From a bacterium (GTDB lineage Bacteria > SAR324 > NAC60-12): DNA of 64,000 nt. Made by a program: the position numbers and the translations under genes. Location of the stretch: contig CBDBHR010000029.1 of NCBI GenBank assembly GCA_965205865.1, positions 416,001 to 480,000 of the forward strand, given 5' to 3'. Each line of letters begins with the position of its first letter. Position 1 is the first letter of the stretch. Below, in pieces: positions 58,076-64,000 of this stretch. Below the pieces are notes generated by a model. The model worked only from the letters and a program-made list of their open reading frames with translations. It made no database searches and was not told the DNA's origin.

Positions 58076-60082
58076 ATGTGTAGAGCAATCGTCGAGAACG
58101 TGCTTTCGGGAACGAAAGCACGTTTCAAAGCAACCCGCAATCTTGTTTTTAATCAAAAAGCAGAAAGGAGCACCATGAACCGTCAAAAAAGTAGAGGACT
58201 CGTCGAGAACCTGCTTTCGGGAATGAAGGCAGGTTTCAAATCAATCCTTAATATTTTTAAACATCCAAAACGAGAATCTCGTATGTTTAATCAAAAAAGC
58301 AGCTCAACCTTGAGCACAACCCTGCTGGCTCTCATCCTGGGAGCAAGCGTCTTCATGGCTGGCCAGGTCTGGGCCGCCAAGTATGTGACGGACCCCACCA
58401 TCGGCAAGGTAGTGGTGGCGCCAGAGTACGGCGGGACATTAACCAACACCCTGAAATACGACGTCAGCAATGTTGGTGCTGACGCCTGGTTTCACGTAAA
58501 TGCGTTATGGTATTTCACCAGTGGCGTTCTAGAAAAACTAAGCATCGCGGACTGGGCAATAGATAGGGACATGTGGCCTTTTATCGACCGCGGTATGGCG
58601 CCTGTATCTGCCCTAAGGGGGGCGCTGGCTGAAAGCTGGGAACAGCCCGACCCACTAACGTATGTCTTCCAAATCCGCCAGGGCGTTCACTGGCATGATA
58701 AGGCGCCGATGAACGGTCGGGAGCTAACTGCCCAGGATGTAGAACATACCTTTCACCGCATGTTGGGAAATAAATTGACAGGGACCCAGTTCAGTGAAGC
58801 CGAACCTTCCCCAGCTGCAGCTGTCCTCGTAGCTTTGCCTTGGGAATCGGTAACGGCCACCGACAAATATACGGTTGTTATGAAGCTGAAGGAGCTAAGA
58901 CTCGTGGCCCTGAACTATATCTTGGACTATGCCGGTATGGTTATACAGCCCCCCGAGGTAATCGAGGAATACGGGGACATGAAGGATTGGAGGAATGTGG
59001 TCGGCACCGGGCCCTTTGAGCTGACTGACTCCGTCCCGGGCACCTCTATAACCTGGACCAAGAATCCCAACTACTGGGGCTACGACGAAAAATACCCGGA
59101 GAACCGCTTGCCCTATATTGACGAGTTAAAGGCCCTTGTTATCACGGAAACGGCAACAATAATGGCGGGACTGCGCACGGCTAAGATCGATTTCATAGGT
59201 GGCCAGGGCTCCACTTACTTAACCTCTCTAGACGAAGCAGAGAGCCTCAGGCGGACCAACCCCGAACTCGTGATCATCCCGTGGGCAGAACGGTCGAATA
59301 CTAGTGTTTTGCTTAACGTGAGCAAGCCGCCCTTTGACGACATCCGGGTGCGCCACGCAATGCAGATGGCACTGGACCTCGAGACAATGAACGATACCTA
59401 CTATAAGGGTTATGCAGATTGGATACCTCAGGGGTATGTAGGCAGGGAATTAGCCGCTGCGGGGTATACCGTCCCATTTGAAGAGTGGTCCGAAGTGCTC
59501 AAGGGATACTATACCTATGACGTTGCAGGGGCCGAGAAGCTCCTTGATGAGGCAGGGTATCCGCGCGGCCCGGATGGCATTAGATTCAAGACCTTGTTCA
59601 ATCACTTCGTGAACTATGATTTGAGCTTTACAGAATTACAGGCCGCATACTGGCGTGAGATTGGCGTTGATGTGGATATTGTGGTAGAGGAGCCTGCGGG
59701 ATATGACGGTAGAGAGATGAGTGGAGATTATGGTATGAGTTCGACAGTAGGGGGCAAAAAGGGTCCTCCACTTGGTGTATCGGGTAAATTTTGGAGCGGT
59801 TATGCTAGGAACGTTGTCCGCGACGCGCAATATGACGCCTGGTATGAAGCCGGCCAAGAGGCTACCACCACGGAGGAGCTGAAGGGGCTGATTAAAGATA
59901 TGGACATGCGGGTGATAGAGCAGCACTGGCAGCTCTGGGGGCCTGCGGGTCCGAGTTTTTTCGTGCACCAGCCGTGGGTGATAGGTCTTAACGGCGAAGC
60001 CAGCATGGGAAGCAGGCAAACACATGTTACTTTCTCCCGCCTCTGGATTGATAGTGAGCTAAAGGAAGCAATGGGTTATTAG
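58076..60082 (+). CDS. Family-5 SBP (SBP5); three in-frame candidate starts (58076, 58175, 58283)
   Basis: LAESWEQPD, VVGTGP, PFDDIRVRHAM, WIDSELKEAMGY. Confidence 0.92.
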   Translation: MCRAIVENVLSGTKARFKATRNLVFNQKAERSTMNRQKSRGLVENLLSGMKAGFKSILNIFKHPKRESRMFNQKSSSTLSTTLLALILGASVFMAGQVWAAKYVTDPTIGKVVVAPEYGGTLTNTLKYDVSNVGADAWFHVNALWYFTSGVLEKLSIADWAIDRDMWPFIDRGMAPVSALRGALAESWEQPDPLTYVFQIRQGVHWHDKAPMNGRELTAQDVEHTFHRMLGNKLTGTQFSEAEPSPAAAVLVALPWESVTATDKYTVVMKLKELRLVALNYILDYAGMVIQPPEVIEEYGDMKDWRNVVGTGPFELTDSVPGTSITWTKNPNYWGYDEKYPENRLPYIDELKALVITETATIMAGLRTAKIDFIGGQGSTYLTSLDEAESLRRTNPELVIIPWAERSNTSVLLNVSKPPFDDIRVRHAMQMALDLETMNDTYYKGYADWIPQGYVGRELAAAGYTVPFEEWSEVLKGYYTYDVAGAEKLLDEAGYPRGPDGIRFKTLFNHFVNYDLSFTELQAAYWREIGVDVDIVVEEPAGYDGREMSGDYGMSSTVGGKKGPPLGVSGKFWSGYARNVVRDAQYDAWYEAGQEATTTEELKGLIKDMDMRVIEQHWQLWGPAGPSFFVHQPWVIGLNGEASMGSRQTHVTFSRLWIDSELKEAMGY

Positions 60083-60190
60083 TGAGTGGGTTTTCACCCT
60101 TGTGGCTTAGCTCAGGGAAAAAAGGGGTCGGGGGGGCTCAGGCTTCCCAGCTCCCACACACGATGTCATTGCGAGGCGCGCTTTCATACT

Positions 60191-60270
60191 GTCATTCCGG
60201 GCGGAGACCCGGAATCCAGAAAACGCAACCATTTGAAATTTCGCTGGATTCCGCCTTTCGGCGGAATGAC
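60191..60270. repeat. REP/RPE-like palindromic element
   Basis: GTCATTCCGGG...CCCGGAATCCAG...CTGGATTCCGCC...GGCGGAATGAC. Confidence 0.8.
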
Positions 60271-60537
60271 GGGAAAGGGGGATACAGGGCGATGGGGCCT
60301 TCACCAACGATGGGCTACAGGTGTTCTATCGAGTGATCCTTGAACCCCCGTTTCAAAGGGGTTTCACCCCTTTGAACTCCCCAAAACGGTGAGAGGCCAG
60401 TTTCCTGGCAGGGGTCATTCGCACCTTAGAGAGTGCCGCGCGAGCCGGGCAAGGGGATGGTCTAAGTGGATTGCGGTTTTCACCGCAATGACGGGGGAAA
60501 TCCCAATGACGGGGGAAATCGTAATGAGGTGTATCAC

Positions 60538-61551
60538 ATGAGAGCCTATATCATCAGGCGGTTATTGCTGATAATCCCCACCGTGTTTATATTGACCATC
60601 CTGGTCTTTCTCTCCGTCCGCTTCATCCCGGGCGATATAATAAGCGCAATGGTGGCTGAGATGGAATACTACGGTGGTGATGTTCTGGTGGAGATTGACC
60701 GTGAAGCTCTTGAGCGTATGATGGGATTAGACGTGCCTGTGCACGTACAGTACGGACGCTGGCTAGGAGTGTTGTCGACCCCTGACTGGGTTAGCGGTGA
60801 GTCTCACTTTAAAGGTCTCCTCCAGGGCACCCTTGGCAATACACTGTTTGGTGGTGCTTTTGCGGTAGAGGAGCAGATAATAGGTAGACTGCCGGTAACC
60901 ATTGAGCTGGGTGTCATGGCAATCGTAATCGGGCTCGTCATAGCGCTGCCGGTCGGCATCTACTCGGCGATTCGCCAGGATACGGTCACCGACTACCTGG
61001 GGCGCACCGCGGCCGTCATCGGCATGGCAACGCCTAACTTCTGGCTGGGAATTATGGTCATGATATACCCGGCAATCTGGTGGGGCTGGTCGCCACCGAT
61101 GGAAATGATTCCCTTCACGGAAGACCCGCTGGGGAATCTGGGGATGTTTCTCATTCCCAGCGTGATTCTGGGGACGGCCCTTTCTGCCAGCACAATGCGG
61201 ATGACCCGCACCATGATGCTGGAGGTGCTCAGGCAGGACTACATCAGGACGGCCTGGTCCAAGGGCCTCAAGGAGCGGATCGTGGTGATCCGGCACGCCA
61301 TCAAAAATGCCCTCATCCCGATAGTTACCCTGATAGGCATGCAGCTGCCTCTGCTGGTAGGTGGCTCCGTTATCATGGAGAACATCTTTAACCTGCCGGG
61401 CTTAGGTCGTCTCATGGTGGAGGCACTCAATCAGAGAGACTACCCGATGGTCTCAGGAGTAAACCTGGTTTTCGCCGTCATGGTTGTTGGGGTCAATCTA
61501 ATGATCGACCTGATTTATCCTTATTTGGACCCCAGGGTGCGGTATGAGTGA
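60538..61551 (+). CDS. DppB/OppB-like permease, locus 5
   Basis: MRAYIIRRLLLIIPT...YLDPRVRYE. Confidence 0.93.
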   Translation: MRAYIIRRLLLIIPTVFILTILVFLSVRFIPGDIISAMVAEMEYYGGDVLVEIDREALERMMGLDVPVHVQYGRWLGVLSTPDWVSGESHFKGLLQGTLGNTLFGGAFAVEEQIIGRLPVTIELGVMAIVIGLVIALPVGIYSAIRQDTVTDYLGRTAAVIGMATPNFWLGIMVMIYPAIWWGWSPPMEMIPFTEDPLGNLGMFLIPSVILGTALSASTMRMTRTMMLEVLRQDYIRTAWSKGLKERIVVIRHAIKNALIPIVTLIGMQLPLLVGGSVIMENIFNLPGLGRLMVEALNQRDYPMVSGVNLVFAVMVVGVNLMIDLIYPYLDPRVRYE

Positions 61552-62503
61552 GAACCCCTCCCCCATCCGTGAGCCCAACCGACGGGGCCGGTCGGCTGAT
61601 TTTTTCATCAGGCTTCTCAGGGAGAAGCCCTTGGGGACGGCCTGCGGAATGATCGTCTTGCTTTTTATTGTGTTGGCTATCTTTGCTGATGTTCTGGCTC
61701 CTTATCCATATTGGGAAGCGCACCTGGCAGACAGGATGCAGGGCGCATCAGCCCGGTATCTGCTGGGAACCGACCAGTTGGGGAGAGACTTCTTGAGCCG
61801 CCTGATCGTCGGGGCTCGCATTTCCATGCTGGTCGGCCTGGCCGCGACTGCACTCAATGTTGTCGTTGCTGTCCTGATAGGCGGTATTTCAGGATTCATT
61901 GGTGGCAAATTTGACCTGGTTATGCAAAGACTTGTCGATGCCTGGATGGCCTTCCCGGGACTGCTCCTCTTGTTAACCATCATGTCCATAGTCGGGCGGG
62001 GTATGCCACAGATCATCGTGGTCCTGGGGATAACAGGAGGCATCGCCGCTTCAAGAATAGTCAGAAGCGCCGTTATCGGTGTTAAAGAGAATGACTATTT
62101 TCTGGCAGCCAGGGCTGTGGGCACCCCCACGACCCAAATCCTGTTACGCCATGTCCTGCCCAATATTATGGCGACTGTCATCATCATCTTCAGCATCAAC
62201 ATCGGGGGGGTGATTATTTCCGAGGCCTCCCTGAGCTTCCTGGGATTCGGTCTGCCTGTCAAGATTCCCAGCTGGGGAGGGATGCTCAGCCGGGAAGGGC
62301 GCAGGTTCATGGAGCAGGCGCCCTGGCTGGCACTCTGGCCCGGGCTCTGCCTGACGATTACCGTCTACTCCTTCAACATGTTCGGCGATGCCCTCAGGGA
62401 TCTGTTCGACCCAAGACTGCGGGGCGGCCAGGGCAGTTACGGCACCGCGGTGGTGAAACGCAAACGAGGATTCCTCTCCAGGCTGCTCAACCCGTTCTCT
62501 TAG
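61544..62503 (+). CDS. DppC/OppC-like permease, locus 5
   Basis: LGTDQLGRD, RHVLPN, EASLSFLGFG, GDALRDLFDPR. Confidence 0.93.
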   Translation: MSENPSPIREPNRRGRSADFFIRLLREKPLGTACGMIVLLFIVLAIFADVLAPYPYWEAHLADRMQGASARYLLGTDQLGRDFLSRLIVGARISMLVGLAATALNVVVAVLIGGISGFIGGKFDLVMQRLVDAWMAFPGLLLLLTIMSIVGRGMPQIIVVLGITGGIAASRIVRSAVIGVKENDYFLAARAVGTPTTQILLRHVLPNIMATVIIIFSINIGGVIISEASLSFLGFGLPVKIPSWGGMLSREGRRFMEQAPWLALWPGLCLTITVYSFNMFGDALRDLFDPRLRGGQGSYGTAVVKRKRGFLSRLLNPFS

Positions 62504-62572
62504 AAGGAAACTATTGGCCTCGTGCCGGGAGTACAATGGACCTGATCACAAATAAGCGCATGAGTGGTTATT

Positions 62573-62636
62573 CAGTGCCTGGGAGGAAAAGCACGATGCT
62601 GAAGACCAGGAAGGTCACAATGATCAGTGTAAAGAG
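62573..62636 (-). pseudogene. Short fragment resembling a DppB N-terminus
   Basis: Minus strand LFTLIIVTFLVFSIVLFLPGT*. Confidence 0.4.
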
Positions 62637-62667
62637 CCCCTCTTTTCTCAAACGCTCCTTTTGCTCC

Positions 62668-63772
62668 TCAAAAAGAGACGCCTCTTCCCGTGGTTCCCTT
62701 TCTTGCCAAAATTCCTTTATCCACTAAATCCCGCAAATCAAGACTGGCTACCATGGCTTGAGAATCGGTCAGTTTTTGGTATTCTTGATTGGTGATTTTT
62801 CTCTCTTCCTTGACAAAGAGAATGGCTTTGATCTGTCGTTCATTCAGAGCGAGATCCCTTAAAAATGCTTCGGTAACCTTGTCTTTTTGGAAGGTTACCG
62901 CAAATCCTCCAAATTGTTCTTCAAAAACCGGCTCGGGTAATCCGGCTCCTACACAAGCATGAATTATTCTTTGAATGCCACTGCCATAGCGTTCGATCAG
63001 CCCAAGATCATAGAATATCCGGGCAATCAACTTATTCCTCGGTTTGGATGAATGGTTGGGAAGATGCAGTTCTTCCAATGTCATACCCCAAGGTAAGGTA
63101 CCAGGGTTCCATATTCGGATAAAATCATCATATATTTTGATCTGAATATCGGCAGCAGCACTATAATCCCGGTGACAGATGGCATTAATCACGGCTTCCC
63201 GTAAAGCGTCCAGGGGATACTCCCATCGTTCCTCCCTGCGGGACTTGCCCGTTATAACAAATTCAACATTGATATGTTTGCAGATGAATTCGATGACCGT
63301 CTTCCACTTGATCAATAATTGTCCCTCCAATCACCCGGTCATCCATAATTTTTATATGGGTTTTAAAGCGGCCACAATGTATTTGTGCTTGGAGTAATGG
63401 CGATTGGGGACGCTTTCCAAAAAACAGGATGGCTGCCCCGGTCGGGATATCTTTTTTGACGAGTTCAAGTTTTTCGAGAAGTTCAATCAGGTCGTTTATG
63501 GGAGTGAACCGTCTTCTGCCTGTATCAGAAGAGGATTGGACAAATCGTTTCACCATTTCTAAGTCTATTGCATCCAGGGTTACGTCTCTAGCGGGTAAAG
63601 CATCCCAACTGTTGCCTGTAGAAATCAAATGCATTTGGGCAATTTCTTGAGGTGACAAGAGGCGATTGCTTTTGGCGACTCTCAGAAAACGTCGGCCTCT
63701 CGTGGCGACAGGTTTTAGGGGGTATTCTTGAATTTGAATCAGGACAATGTTCTTGCCCTCAACCTCTTCCAT
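62668..63772 (-). pseudogene. AlbA_2/HATPase-like/winged-HTH (RecG-C-like ATP-binding) protein, N-terminally truncated and frameshifted near 63300
   Basis: Two overlapping ORFs 63263..63772 and 62668..63330; EYPLDALREAVINAICHRDY, NPG, RNKLIA, IERYGSGI, C-terminal HTH. Confidence 0.8.
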
Positions 63773-63882
63773 ATGGATTTCCCAAAATTTTCATCAAGAC
63801 TATTTTCTTAATTGCCTTTGCTTTTGAGAACATTTACTATGGTTTTATAAACCTTGAAGCATGCATCCCCTGATGGAGTTCT

Positions 63883-64000
63883 GTGCCCAAAATTTGTGAG
63901 TTTTTTGGAATTGTTATTCAGATGTATTATAATGAAAGCATTGAACACGTTCCACACTTTCATGCAAAATATGCAGGACGCAAAGCGTCATTTTCCATTG
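63883..64000 (+). CDS. DUF4160-family protein, partial (absent from the ORF track)
   Basis: GTG start with GGAG RBS: MPKICEFFGIVIQMYYNESIEHVPHFHAKYAGRKASFSI, similar to 4625..4894. Confidence 0.8.
   Translation, partial: MPKICEFFGIVIQMYYNESIEHVPHFHAKYAGRKASFSI

Overview
Bacterial window with an AT-moderate housekeeping core (about 10.5-41.1 kb: hflX, Nit1-type amidase, murA, RDD, gspK, birA, glnA-glnE, efp, argF, gltA, metF, bamA, lolD, PPi-type pfk, ftsW, murG, RNase II-like, rpmH-rnpA-yidD-yidC, folE). The gene content is diderm; a deltaproteobacterial/SAR324-like host is my guess, not shown. Both flanks are accessory regions dominated by five paralogous, visibly GC-richer family-5 (peptide/nickel) ABC solute-binding protein (SBP) loci with DppB/DppC permeases and no ATPase gene in view. 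The SBP genes sit behind two reused AT-rich front ends. Type A (loci 1, 2, 5) has two sigma70-like promoters, a variable (AGTTCCC)n heptamer array of 15, 11 and 8 units, and reiterated RBS-ATG units. Type B (loci 3, 4) is a near-identical 1.45-kb duplication of a Uma2 nuclease gene, a divergent promoter and the SBP signal-peptide start, whose identity ends inside the signal peptide. Also present: three complete IS elements with target-site duplications (IS5, IS1595, IS1380), two MITEs (one upstream of glnA), a group II intron 3' remnant, a RAYT-like remnant, REP-like palindromes, several toxin-antitoxin pairs and several pseudogenes. No rRNA, tRNA or CRISPR array was recognised. All calls are from reading motifs by eye; no database searches were run.
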